Of a stretch of DNA of 64,000 nt, positions 32,480 through 46,096 are shown one piece after another. The stretch lies in the NCBI GenBank assembly GCA_050084515.1, contig CM114271.1, positions 30,814,001-30,878,000 of the forward strand, given 5' to 3'. This DNA is from Blasia pusilla (Eukaryota). The translations under genes and the position numbers were made by a program. The notes below the pieces were generated by a model. The model searched no databases and was not told where the DNA came from. It worked only from the letters and a program-made list of their open reading frames with translations. Position 1 is the stretch's first letter; every line of letters starts with the position of its first letter.

Positions 32480-35400
32480 CTTACGCCATGTCAACTCTCT
32501 CATTGAGCTACAAGAGGCCGTTAATTGTGAAAGAAATTGTAATAATTTTGAGTCCTGAATATGTGGTAGAGAGAGATAAGCATAGATTTTCATTATCTCG
32601 CTCGCAACGAAAACGAAAATTGTTTGATGTGGACTCTAAATTTTCTGCTGCTATTTCAAATGGTTTCAATGAGACTGAGGAGGTTAGAGAAGTCTCAATA
32701 GGCCAGGAAATTTTGATTACTCTCAATAGTAATAACTCACTTGGCACAAATAGTAGAAGGTATTTATTCATTTATAACATTTCTACCTTTTCTTATATAT
32801 ATATTTAGAATTTTTTTTCCTATTTTGACTTTTCTTATTCTTTGTCCAGGTTGGTAGCAACACCTACCAATGTCAATGTTCATGCTTCAATAGACACTAC
32901 ATCATCTCCCATGTATGTTTCTTCCACTTATTAATTTCTTATTTTTTATTGGTCTTTTTCGAAGTTGATTTTTTTAATAGAATTATTATGACTTCATTTT
33001 TATAAATATTTTTTTTCTCAGTCTTCCACTTCCGCCCAACCCCCAAGGATTACATGTTATGCTTCAAGTTGCACGAGCACAAGGCCAGAGAAGGAGGCAC
33101 AATCTTCTTCCTACAGAAGAAGTCGAGGCCATGACTACTAATGACTTTCATGCTCAAGCTAATATAAGGTATGCTTTGTATGCTTTTATTATTGATTCTT
33201 TCTATGTGGTCTTAAATTTTTATGAATGATTTCTAATAACAACATTTCTTGCAGGCCAATAATGGTACATCATGAAGTTATTCCAAACTCTAGGATTGTG
33301 GTCGTACCATCTCCAATGTATATTTCTACACTGTATACTCAAATTATAATATAGATATGTTTGTATGTATATTTATTTTTATTATAATCATATGTATTAA
33401 TTTCTTAACCTCTACTTACAGTTTCCTACCAATCCTCTACGATTATGTCACATTCGTCAAGTAGCTCGAGCTGAGGGCCAAAGAACAAGACGTGTTCATT
33501 TGGATGAAGTACATGAGTTACAGATGTTGGAAATCCATTGATAAGGAGTGATTCAATGGATCTAATCGTGAAGGCCACATGGAAGTGAATGAAGACAATG
33601 TACATGCCTCGATTCCCAATGTGGGATCTTTTTTGGATGAAGTACATGAGATTGCACATGTTGGCAATCTGTTGATAAGGAGTGATGCCATTGGAGCCAA
33701 TTGTGAAGGCCACCTGGAAGAAAATGAAGACAATGTACATGCCTCAATTCCAAATGTGGGATCCAGAAGGGTTGTGAACTTGAAAAAGTTGCTCAATATT
33801 GCACGTATTCCTAACTTTGAAGAAAAGCACATTCTAATTCTTAGGTTGGAAGATCATATTGATAGTATGAGTGGTCGTTTTAGTGTTGGAATTATGAATG
33901 TTATTTGTGTGAGTTGCAATGCTCTACATTGGAAGTGTGAGAGAGTGAAGTATATTAGGTTTATAAGCTTGCCTTTTGGTATGTGTTGTGGGCATGGTAA
34001 GATTCAATTACCATATTTGACAGCTTCACCTTCTATACTAGCAGAATTACTTTATGGTAGGAGTTCAAATAGTCTTCATTTTTTGCGCGTTGCACGTGCC
34101 TATAATAGTGCTCTTCAATTGGCATCTACTGTGGCTCATGTAACAGAGCAACGAGGTGGTACATGAAACTTCAGGATTCAAGGTGGTGTATATCATTCTA
34201 TTGGACCTCTTCATGCTGAAAGTGGTGCTCCTCCACAATTTTTGTGCAAATTTATATTCATGATGATGAGCATCAGATGGAAAATAGAAGAAGGATTATG
34301 AGTGGAGATTATCGAGATCAATTGAGGCGAGAGATCTTAAGGGGATTACAAGATATGTTCCATGCCCATAATCCATATGTGGCTCTATTTCGAAATGTGG
34401 CTATTGATCCATGTAATTCTGACTTCCATATTGTTCTTAAGGGTAGTAAGCAAGGTCTCGATGCGAAACGATACACCTTGCAAGTTGCTTCAGAGATTGC
34501 AATTATCTTGCTCAGAGATGGGAGTGAGCCAGTAGAAGGACATGATATTATTGTTCGCTTACATGGAGGAGGGCTTCGTCGTCTATCAGATCTGAGTGAT
34601 ATCCCATTGCACTTTTTTTTGCCTTTTGTTTATGGTGAAGCAGGTTGGCATCTAGGGATACCTTTGCAAGTGCAACATGATCATAGACATGATGCGCCGT
34701 TAAGAGGGGATGCTATGATGGACGAGGATGAAGATGATATTGTACAAGGGGGAATGCAAGGTGAAGTTACCACTCATGAGGCGAGCTCAAAGACCATTAC
34801 AACTTTACAATTTGCTTCATTCAGACTTCAAATGCGAGCTAACGCTATGGATAATAATCGATTGATGAAGTTTGGTCGTCTTACTCAAGAATATATGGTG
34901 GATAGGTATGCGACTATTGAAATGCAACGGCTAACTTGGATACGATTGCATCAAAAAGAGTTTAGAGTTGATTTATACCAAGGTGTCAGAGATGCCATGA
35001 CTCGGCATGATGTGAACGGTCGAGGCTTAGGGAGACGTATTATCTTATCTTCGTCTTTCATAGGAGGACCCCGTTACATGCATCAATTGTACCATGATGC
35101 TATGGCCATTATGAGACATTTTGGGAAGCCTTACTACTTTTTGACTATGACTTGTAACCCTAAATGGCCTGAGATTACTTCTGCTCTGCTTCATGGGCAA
35201 TCAATGTCTGATCGTCCTGACTTGGTTGTACGTGTTTTCCAACAAAAGAAGAAGGAGTTATCGAGACTTATATTGGATAAGCATATTTTGGGTCGAGTAG
35301 TAGGATGCATTCATGTAGTCGAGTTCCAAAAGAGAGGGCTACCACATGTGCATATCCTAATTATTCTTGCTTCTGAGGATAAGCCAAGGACAACCTCTGA

Positions 35401-38400
35401 TTTTGACGATATTATATCTGTTGAGATCCCCAATCCTATCACTCATCCTAGGCTACATTCTACTGTAAGAAATTGTATGATTCATGGTCCGTATGGAGTA
35501 ACACATCCAACTACACCTTGCACGGATTAAACGACAAAAAAATGTTCCAAAGGATACCCAATACCTTTTGCATCAATGACAATGGAGAATGAGGATGGAT
35601 ATCGTATTTATAAGAGGTAATTCATTGGTTTTGTTGTTTATTTCATGATTTAATGCTCTTCTATTAGTGTGCTATGTATTTTCCTCAACTACTAACACAC
35701 TTCTATATGTGTTTATGCAGGCGGGATAATGGGAGATTGATTAATAAGTCAAATCATGATTTTGATAATCGTTGGGTGGTTCCATACAATCCAATGTTAT
35801 GTACTTTATTTGATTGTCATAGAAATTTGGAGATAACAAATAGCATCTTGGCTGTAAAGTACTTTTATAAGTATGTGTACAAGGGATATGATGCCATATC
35901 ATATACCTCATCATGGGAGGATACTATTGATGAGACATCATTATATCTTGATGCAAGGTATTTCGATTCTTCTATCTTTCAAGCTCTCCCTATTTTTTCC
36001 TATGATATTATGTGGGAGCCTAACAATATTGATATTGTGTGGTATGAAGGTACCTTTCTTCTTCAGAAGCATGTTGGCGAATCTTGAAGTTTAGTCTATA
36101 TGCAGAGCAACCAAGTATTGTGAGATTGATTGTTCATCTTCCAGACAGTCAAAAGGTATATTTTCATGGGCAAGATTCATTGGGTAATATTCTGGAGCGA
36201 AGTAAGGAAACCACTCTCACTCAATGGTTTGCAACAAATGTTTCTAATTCAACTGCGCGACAATATCTTTATTTGGAGTTCCCTTCTCATTACTATTGGA
36301 ATAAGAAGCAATGGCATTCACGTGAACGCGCAAGAAAAGGATGGGTTTTTCATATACAAACATCCTATTGGACGTTTGTATATGAAAAACCCGGGTAAAA
36401 TTTCTATTCTCTATTAGGATACAATTATTAAGGCAAAATTTTAGTTAAAGTTATAAACACATTCGTGCTTCCTTCCTAATATTTTTTTTTGGCTAATCCT
36501 AGCTGAAGGGGAGCGTCATTGGTTACGATTATTTCTCCATCATGTAAGAGGAGCTCAATCATATCAAGATTTGAGAACTATCGATGGTGTAGTTTATCCT
36601 ACCTTCAAAGAGACTGCTATTCAAATGGGACTTTTGGAGGACGATAGAGAGATCTTTTGTTGCTTTGAAGAGGCGGTTGTCATTCGCACCGGCTATTCAT
36701 TACGTCTACTCTTTGCCATCAGTCTTCTATATAATACACCTTCTCTTCCGTCTATAGTGTGAGAACATTTTTTGGTTCCATTAACTGAAGATCTTCTACA
36801 TCAAAAGCGTGAGATAATATGCATGCCTTTTCTTAAGTTCATTTTTTTCTTATGAGTTTTTTAATGTATTTTATTTATTTTTTAACTTCTATATTTGTTC
36901 CTTATAACAGAGAATAGGTATTCTGACCCTTCCATTGGATGTTCACATTATTAATCTTGCGTTATTGGAGGTCCATAACCATCTTCAAGATCATGGTAAG
37001 AGTATGGCGGACTTCCTCAACATGCCTCAACCAGATTTCCAAGCCCGTAATTTATCTATTTCACATCTAGAAGAGGAAGAGCTCTCCTACGATCATGATA
37101 TGCTTTGTGAACGTGTGAGAGCAGAAGAGATATCTTTAAATGATGGACAACAAGCTATTTGGGAAGTTATTTGTAATGCTTTTTGAGATATCTTACAAGA
37201 TGCGGCGCCTTTTGTAAGTGGATATTATGCATAGTACATTTTAAGATGACTTTTTTACTCTTTAAATCTTTGTAAGTTTTATTCTTTTTAAAGTGCATTT
37301 CTGTCACTAAAAACATGGATTTTCAGGAAAAACTTTTCTTTATCGATGATCCTCGCGAAACGGGAAAAACCTTTTTGTACAACCTTCTTCTTGCAATAGT
37401 ACGAAGCGAGGGTCATATAGCTCTTGCAGCTGCATCTTCAGGAATTGCCGCTTTATTATTGGATGGAGATCGTACTCCTCATTCTCGATTCTCGATTCTT
37501 ATTCAAGTACATGAAAGCTCTACTTGCAAGTAAGTCTAGATTTAAGATTTTATATTATCCTTCATAAATGTTCCTCACATATTGTTTTGTTATCTATTTT
37601 CTAGCCTATCGGTCAATAGTCATATGGCCCGCCTTATACAAAAGGGGAAGTTGATCGTGTGGGATGAAGCTCCTATGACCCATCGTCATGCATTCGAGGC
37701 CGTTAATCGTACTTTCCAAGATATCATGGGTTTGATGGATACTCGATTACGAGACTTGCCTTTTGGGAGGAAGATCATTTTATTCGGTGGTGACTTTCGA
37801 CAACTTCTTCCAGTTGTTTATCGTGGAGATTGTGCTACAATTGTGCGTGCAACATTGAGGAGATCTCTTATTTGGTCTCACATGAGATTATTGAAACTCA
37901 CTACCAACATGAGAGTTAATACTTTACAAGGTATTTAAGAATTAACCTAATCTTTTTCCTTTTTCATTTCATGTGGTTTTTGTTTATTTTTAGTATGTAC
38001 TTATTTCTTGATCTTATATTTATTTGTAGGATATGCAAGAGAAGAGCAAGAAGCGTTTGCAACGTGGTTACTAGAGATAGGAGAGGGTCGAGTACCATTA
38101 CGTTTGGACCTTGGAGAGGATTTTATACAAGTTCCAGATGCGATAATTGTAAAAATGACAAGGATTAATGATCTCATTGACGTTGTTTATGGACACGATG
38201 TTAATATGTGGAGTGACGTTGATTTCTTGAGGGGTACATCCATTTTGTCAACCAAGAATACAACTGTAGATATTATAAATGCGGAAATCATGTCTCGATT
38301 TCTAGGAGAGGTAATATTTATGTTCTTGAATATCATTATTATATTTTCATTACCTATTGCTACATTTTTCTATCATCGCTCTTATTATTAATGATTTATT

Positions 38401-39117
38401 TTGTTTTTGCAGGAGCATACTTTCTTGAGTGCTGATTCTGTTTCCGACAACGAGATGAGACTTGTTTATCCGACAGAATTTTTGAACACATGTTTACCAT
38501 CTGGACTGCCACCTCATTGTTTGACTTTGAAGATTGGAGCTCCTATAATGCTATTACGGAATATGAATGGAGCAAAGGGACAAGCAAATGGGACTCGGCT
38601 GGTGATAGGTGGCTTTAGTAGACATCTTATAGATGCAAAAATTATCACAGGAAAAAACATCGGAGCTCGAGTTTTCATTCCAGGCATTCCATTGATTGCA
38701 TCTGATTCTGGCCTACCTTTTGATTTGCGACGATTTCAATTTCCTATACGTCCTGCTTTTGCAATGAGGATTAATAAGTCTCAAGGTCAAACATTAGATA
38801 GAGTCAGTATCTACTTGCCAAATCCAATATTTTCTCATGGGCAATTGTATGTTGCCTTATCAAGAGTAGGCTTGAGGAATTCTATTCATATTATGACAAA
38901 TAGTGAAAAGGCTATTAACAAAATAGGTGTTTATACTAGGAATGTTGTATATAATGAAGTGCAAAATTAAAATTAAAATAACATTACATGTGTCAAGTCT
39001 TATATTGGTATGCTTTTTTAGACTCGTAATACTTCATCCATTGAAAAAAAATGGATATGATTAATTTTGTATATGCTAAATTTTGATGCCGATGCATCGC
39101 ACAGGCATTCTTACTAG
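32480..39117 (+). mobile_element. Helitron with intron-interrupted, pseudogenised Rep/Pif1-helicase gene; 3' end CTAG at 39114-39117; 5' end not located
   Basis: Rep motifs YFLTMTCNPKWPEI, VVEFQKRGLPHVHILI (HUH) and KYFYKYVYKG. Pif1 motifs DPRETGKTFLY (degenerate Walker A), IVWDEAPM, GDFRQLLPV, INKSQGQTL and HGQLYVALSRV. GC-rich subterminal hairpin-like TGCCGATGCATCGCACAGGCA followed by CTAG|T. Confidence 0.93.
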
Positions 39118-40399
39118 TCTCTTACTATATCTGAAACATAAAGATATACCCTCTTTAGATATTCAAGAAGAGCCTATGAATCCCTACTACGCCCATTCTA
39201 AAATTTGAGGGGACTAATGAGAAAGAGGAAAAGAATTCATCTCCACATACTTTTCATTAACTTCTCATAGGGAAATGAGATAGATAATAGGGAAGAGGTC
39301 CCATAGGAAGAGGGGATAAATAGATCAAGAGAGAATCGGAACGTATCCTCTCCATTCCACTGAGTAGAAGTGCAAAAAGTATAGAGATTCAAAATGAGTT
39401 TAGTGGATGTCAATGGATGGTTCGAGGAAATTAGAGGGACAAAATGACTAGATGTTTTGTCGAGAGGGGAGGTAAGCAATGTGAGTGAGCAATGCCAGTT
39501 GTGATCTAGTAAGACATAATGGTATGGTTAATAGAGAGGCTATATGCATCTTTAGGAGTGGAGAAACCAAGAGTGATTTGATGACTTCCCTCCTTAAGGG
39601 GCATTCTTGGGATCTTCTTCGAGATTTTCTTTTTTGTTCTTGGCTTAATTAGTAACTTGTTTTACCAACCCACTTATTCTCTATCTCTACCCTTTTTGTA
39701 CCTCTACTCTAAAGTCTACGTTGAGGAATTGAGAGAGTTTATCCCTAATGGTGATCCATCCATTCCGTGTCATCTATCTTGTTTCCTCATGAGAGGCTAC
39801 GCGCAAAGATGAGGGAACATAGATGGACTCCCTTCCTCTTTTAATTCTTTTGGAATGGATAGGGACTTATAAGCCATTCTTGAATCTTCAAATAGGAACT
39901 CGTCCAATTCCTTATTCCTCCTCTTTATTCCTATGTGAAGGAAGTAAGTTTTTGAAAGATAAATCTTAGAAAGCCTTGTCTTGTTGAAACTCTATCCATT
40001 TATTTCTTCCCCTCTTCCATTTTCTTCTCCAACATGAAACATGATTTAAAAAACCACCGCTTGGTGAAAATTTATCCCTTCCTTTTTCTCTCCCCTTACA
40101 AATATTCAATATTATCCTTCTTTCCCTTGCGTGTTGAAAATCAAAATCTAATTTTCTTTCTATGACTCCTTCTGTTGAAAACATATCCCTCTCCCTTCAT
40201 TTCATGATTTATTCTCTACCTTAGTACCCTCTATTTTCAAAAATTAAACATATCTTCATAATTTCCTTATGAAACCTAAGAGTTGTGGGAGGAGGAGACA
40301 ATTTATCACATATCAAATGTGAACTTAACTAATAGTATACATTCCCCTTTTTTAATTTATATCTTTCCTTCCTTTATTAAAAATTAACCATGTCTTTAT

Positions 40400-42700
40400 A
40401 AATTCCTTATGAAATCTATGACACCTAGTAGAGGAGAAAGTTTAAAATATAGTATAGATAGATGGGAGAAATCATAAAAATTATTAAAATAAGGACCAAA
40501 AAATTCAATGAACTTCAAGGCTATATTTGGCTAATGGAAGAAGAAAACAAAGGAACCTCCAAAAAATAATTTCGCAACAACCAAGAAAACATAAATGATT
40601 TTTATGGAAATATGACTCGGCAAGGGAACCTATAGCTCATTATGGCATCTCCAACACCTTGAGATTGTTTGACAAGTCCAGTGATTTGAAATGGTGCAAG
40701 CATTACGAACTCATCATTTACAGTCAGAGAGCATAATAGCAAAATAAATAAAGAAACCTCGAATGATAGAAATAGCACACTTGGAAAGAAAAAGGGCAAA
40801 CCGAGGATACTCATTTATAGCTACAAGGAACGGAAGTGTAAAATAAATCCAATATGGATTCTTCTACACCTAGCTTTTTCCCTTGTACCACAATATAGGT
40901 TGCACTAAATAAAATAAAAATGAAAAAATTTAAATAATTTTTTTCCAAAAATGGATAAATTTAATAAGTAATTAAAACTAGAAATAAAATTTTATTTCAT
41001 TGAAAAGAAAATAGAAATTATGCCTATAATAGAGATTTTCAATTTTATTTTTTAAAACCCAAAGTGGTGTATGTGCTTTTGGTAGAGGGAAGGACTAATC
41101 TCCAAATGCAAGACTATGATGATACTATACAAGACAGAAGACCCATTTGCATGGCATCAACTCCCTCCTTTTAAGAGAATATACTTGGGCAATCTTGAGT
41201 ATGTCGGGTTCCAAATATTCTCCGTTTCCAACTTTTTGAATGGAAACAAATCCTTATCATGTAGCTAAAGGCTTTGGCATACAACAAAGCTGTAGTTTAA
41301 TGGGTTTTGTAGAAAATGAGTTTAACATGCAATAAAAAAATAGTACACTTTTTTTGTGATAGTACACAAGTTCAGAGTGCTCTTATTTGGAACTTGCTCA
41401 ATTTTTTAAAAAGTTTTCTCGTCGCCCTCCTCTTATTAGCTTTGAAATTCTTGCATATTTTTCATTTAGAGTTTATTATGGTCAAATTTTGTATAAAATG
41501 ACAAGAAGAAGATGACCTTCAATCCCATATGCTTATTTTACAATACTATGGATATATAAGGTATCATGCTTTATGTTTTCTTGTTCTTTAGTCATATTGG
41601 TAATTTTTTGAGTTTATTACTTATAGAGCACGGTTATTGTACGTCAAAAGATACGAGGATCATCATAAACGAAAGCATTATGATTGGAAAAATTCCACAA
41701 ATCCCAATTGTACATAATTCTCAAGAATGGATGAAGAAAGCTAAGATCAACAAAGAAGCTTTGGGTAAGTTTGACACATCTTTAAATCCTCACGTGTGAT
41801 GATTTTAATGAATGTGATTATTATTCTCTTGTTTCAAATCCTTCTACTTACAGAAAAACCAAAGATTAAATGAAATAAAGAGAACGAGAGACTTTTCCTT
41901 GATTTGTATGAAGATTATTATTTTCATCTCTATAATCCAAGCAGTGTAAGTCAAGATCAATGGTACCTTATTGCAATTTTTATGAATAAGAAAGAACAAT
42001 GATCCACCATATGAGCCACATACTTTGAGATATAAACTTTGTGGCCTAGTAATAAAGTACAAGAGTGAGAAATTGAATCAAGGTCAAATCAATGTTGAAC
42101 CAAGTGAATGGGATTATTACTTTGAGACTCAAATGCATAGCATCAAAGGCCCATCACTAAAAGAATTCAAGATACTTAGTGCATGTGATGGTGGTCATGA
42201 AGATCATGAGCTTGAAGGTCCAAATATTTTTGTTGATTTAAGTGAAGAAGAGTTTCAAAATATTGGGACTCAACCATTATTTTTTGATCTTGTAAGTGAG
42301 GAGAATGATTGATATATATATATATATATATAAAAGTAGTGATGGATCGACCTAACATATTTGTCAAAAGTTAAACTAAAATTCCATCAATCTTTGAGAG
42401 TTCGAGAATCAAAGCATACTCTCAATCAGGTGTAAAGGAAGACCAAAAACAAAGAATTCACAAGATACAAATGAGAGTATTATGAATGAAATGAATTCCT
42501 TTGATTCAAGTTCTAAAAGGTACAAGTAAGAAGGAATCCCAATAGGAAGACAAGAAGTTGGAACTTTTGTCTCAAATGTTTGAACTTCAACATATGGAGC
42601 TTCACTTGGAGCGAGAGAGAAGCTCAATAGTTCATTGTCTCCAATGCTAAAAATTAAGTAAGTAAAAAATATTTGTCAACATATATTATATGTTATCGCT
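40400..42700 (+). mobile_element. Highly degraded AT-rich transposon remnant, possibly MULE/FAR1-like
   Basis: Only short similarities: IPQIPIVHNSQEWMKKAK (compare MULE SWIM-adjacent IP..YIL.RW.K.AK) and CKGRPKTK near 42430. Confidence 0.3.
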
Positions 42701-44601
42701 CAAGTAAGCATGTGTATCATAGAATCATTTGAACAATGGTGTCTATATTGATTCGCCTAAGCTTGGTCTTTTCTTATTAATGAAAAATCTTGGAAATGAA
42801 TGGAGAACTCCGACATTCAATCTCTCATGCACACTACTGATATCATACAGTAAGGACTCTCCATGTAGGATAGCAAAGTTATACAAATCTCCATATGCAA
42901 GAGTCACTTTAGATACACTTTCACAGTGTATGGGAAAATATCTCAAAAATTGTCCATTTACCTTCTATACGGCCAAAAGCATTATCGATCATTACTCTTG
43001 CCTTTGAAGCTTTTCGATTGAATTTTTTTGCATTGGATCTCCTTGACGTGAGTGTCAATGGAATCCCTTCAATAATCATGGTTAAAGTGGATATGTACTT
43101 TGTAGATTGGTTAGTTATCTAATAGTAAGATGGCTTGGCAGAGGCTTCTTGTAGACTATGCAGCTCTTGGCTCCCCAAACACATCATGGAGCTTGGATCC
43201 ATATTTTATGTGTCTCATGGCTTAGTTAATTGTCCATTATGACTCCTCCTTTGGCGTCTCACGGTTGCCTTGCCGCCCATCGGATTTTGTTACTATTCTT
43301 GTGGTGTCTCGCCCATCTTGATTACTCACGAGTTCCTTGCTTCTTGCGCTTGGGTCTAAGGTTTCAAAATTTATTTGCCTTGTATTATTTTTTGTGAGTA
43401 GCTATGCTCCTTTCTCACCCAGGGCTTGTCTTAAGGCGCATGCGTGTCGGGCCTAGTGTTAGTCCAACGCCGTGTTCTACCACCCTTCCTAGTCCCGCAA
43501 CTACCTAGTCTAGGTTTTGACTTTGGTAGTTCATACCAAGGTCTTTCTTCCTTGGATCTGTGGTCATAAATTGCTTCTCAGGTCTTCGCTAGCGTGGGCA
43601 CCATAGACTTAGTTATTTGTAACGCCACATATGTGTTAATATTTTCTCATTTCTTCTTTCATTTCATTAATATCTGGCCATCTCACATATTTTGAGTACA
43701 CTTCATGTTTACTAGTGAGAGTTTGAATTAGAATATAAGTATATTTGACAATAGTAGAATCACCAATACTATACAAATCGTTGAGTAGTATCAATTGTGG
43801 AGTATGGGCCACTCAATAAACGACTACCGCAACACATTTAGCTAATTCAACTCTCTTTCTTGCTATCTCCCACTCACATATAGTTGGAATCTCAATCTCA
43901 TCCACTAGTGTTCGGAAACTTTCACAGGATATTCTCTGTTACTGCCTCCTATACGTATACATAAAATCTTCACTATAAATCCATTCGTCCTTGTGAATGA
44001 TCGACCTTCCCCAACGGAAATTGCCTTGGTATGACCCAAAAGTCTTTCTGTCCCTTCTCTTTTGTCTATGATTTACTACTCTCCACTTAGCAAACATGAA
44101 ATAAAACATGAAGAGCCCATGATTATCATGAGTCCGATGCACTAATCAAAAAATTCTTCAATTCTTAAAAAAAGTACTCCTTCAATAAAACATGCCAAAA
44201 ACATACCAAGTAAATCCATAAAAGCTAAGAACGCAATATCTACGATCACAAAAATTTACTCGGAAGCATACAAACTGATAGAATAAGAAAAAAAGAAAAG
44301 AAAACAAAGCTTGCTCCATATTCATAAGAAGGAGATTCCTAATTTTTGTTGAACCTAATTTGAGGAACCCTTATACCTAACGGTGCTCCGTAGTCGAGTA
44401 GAGCAGACATGTAGAGGAGAATACGCGAGAAGGGCCTCTGTCTCGCTCACTCTTCTGTCCGTGGTCTGAGACGAAGAGCTCGCACTGATTTGCTGTCTCG
44501 TTGGTTCTTCTCACTCACCGTTGCGGTGGTTGGATTAGCGGGATCGATCGAAAGCAGGGAGCGTAGGCGGAGCAAGAGAAGCAGCAAGTGGAGGAGGAGC
44601 C

Positions 44602-46096
44602 ATGGATGACAAGGGAGGAATCCAGGCGCTCTTGGCAGCAGAGCAAGAAGCACAACGTATCGTGTCCACTGCTCGTACAGGTGAGTCCAGATGATAAGTG
44701 AGAAGGCAATGTCGGGCTGCATGTGGATCGCAGGGTCAGGAAGCTCGCTTATGGTGTCGAGATTGCAGTAGCTTGGGAACTTGATTCATATTTCCGAGTG
44801 CCTTTAACCTGCCTGCCTGCCTCCCTCCCTGCCTGTGGGAGATAGGTAGGTTTTTCCGGCTTTGCTCCAACCAGGCATTGGGAGATGGTCGAGCAGAATT
44901 CGATCAGATCTGGTGATTCTGTTCTTGAATCGATCGGCGGACCTCTCTTCGCATCGTTCTACCTGACTTTACTTTGCTTTTTGTACCCTACTCTGCCTCC
45001 TCCTGATTCATTCTTCTTTTGCTTTTCGCCTGCTTTCGCCAAACTGGTGTAGATCGGACCGTTTTGCGGTCTGTAACACTGAGATCTCCCCGCATCCATC
45101 CGTATTCATACTCAAACCGGCTCTCACACGCACATGTAGACAGATCGTGGAGGGGTAATTTGATGGAGGAGGGGAGTGAAGTTGAATGACAGTGGGTTGC
45201 GGTGAGAAGGCAGTGTACTGAATCCGGCGGGAGCGTTTCGCTACTTTCTAACTAGGGAGCATGGTTTGTTATTTCTCGACTCAGCCAAGACACAGAGACT
45301 GCGGCAAGCTAAGGAGGATGCAGAACGAGATATTGCCGCGTATCGCGCTCAGAGGGATAGCGAATTCAAGAAAAAGCAGGAGCTGGTAAGTAATCTTCTG
45401 CTATTTCCACATTCCGTTTATGAAGCGAACGACTTCTGCGCGCGGAGCACCGAAAATTGAAGGACTACACTGTGACTCTCATATCAGATCAGAATCCCAT
45501 TTACTGGAGGAGAAGAATGCCGGGGTTTCTAACTTGTCTTGTTGTTCTCTCCGGTCAACAGTAGGTTCCCTGGTGCGTTCCCCTGTCCGATTGTTGTTCT
45601 GAGGTGGATTTTACCCCTTACCTACTTCACTAGTTCAGCTATGCTCTGCGTCCTATATGTAATGGAAGTCTTCTCTTCCTTCCTTTTTGCAGTCAAGCGG
45701 AAGTGTTGACTCAAATGTGAAGCGACTTGAAGCGGAGACTGATGCTAAGATTGAACTGCTGAAGACAGAAGCATCGCAAAGGAATGACGATGTAAGTTTT
45801 TGTCTTTAAATTCTGTGTCAGTTATGGCTATTCATGATGAAGGTTGTCTTCAGTCTTGGGAGATCCAAGACAGTAACTGAGTTTGCCAGTTTTGGTGGAT
45901 GGTTTGAGCATGTCTAGGAATTTTGAGAGGACTAGAGCTAATTTACAGACTACAGTAGCATTTCCAAGAAGTATCTGGTGCATACATGTGTATTGTGGAT
46001 GAAAGCATGGAACTAAGTGGTTCTCTTACTTGGATTTTGTAAATCTTGCAGGTCGCGGAATTTTTGTTGAAGTATGTCTTGTCTGTGAAAATTTGA
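44602..46096 (+). CDS. VHA-G: V-type proton ATPase subunit G, 4 exons: 44602-44680, 45285-45385, 45693-45791, 46052-46096; 107 aa
   Basis: Spliced product MDDKGGIQALLAAEQEAQRIVSTARTAKTQRLRQAKEDAERDIAAYRAQRDSEFKKKQELSSGSVDSNVKRLEAETDAKIELLKTEASQRNDDVAEFLLKYVLSVKI; all junctions GT-AG and in phase. Confidence 0.96.
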
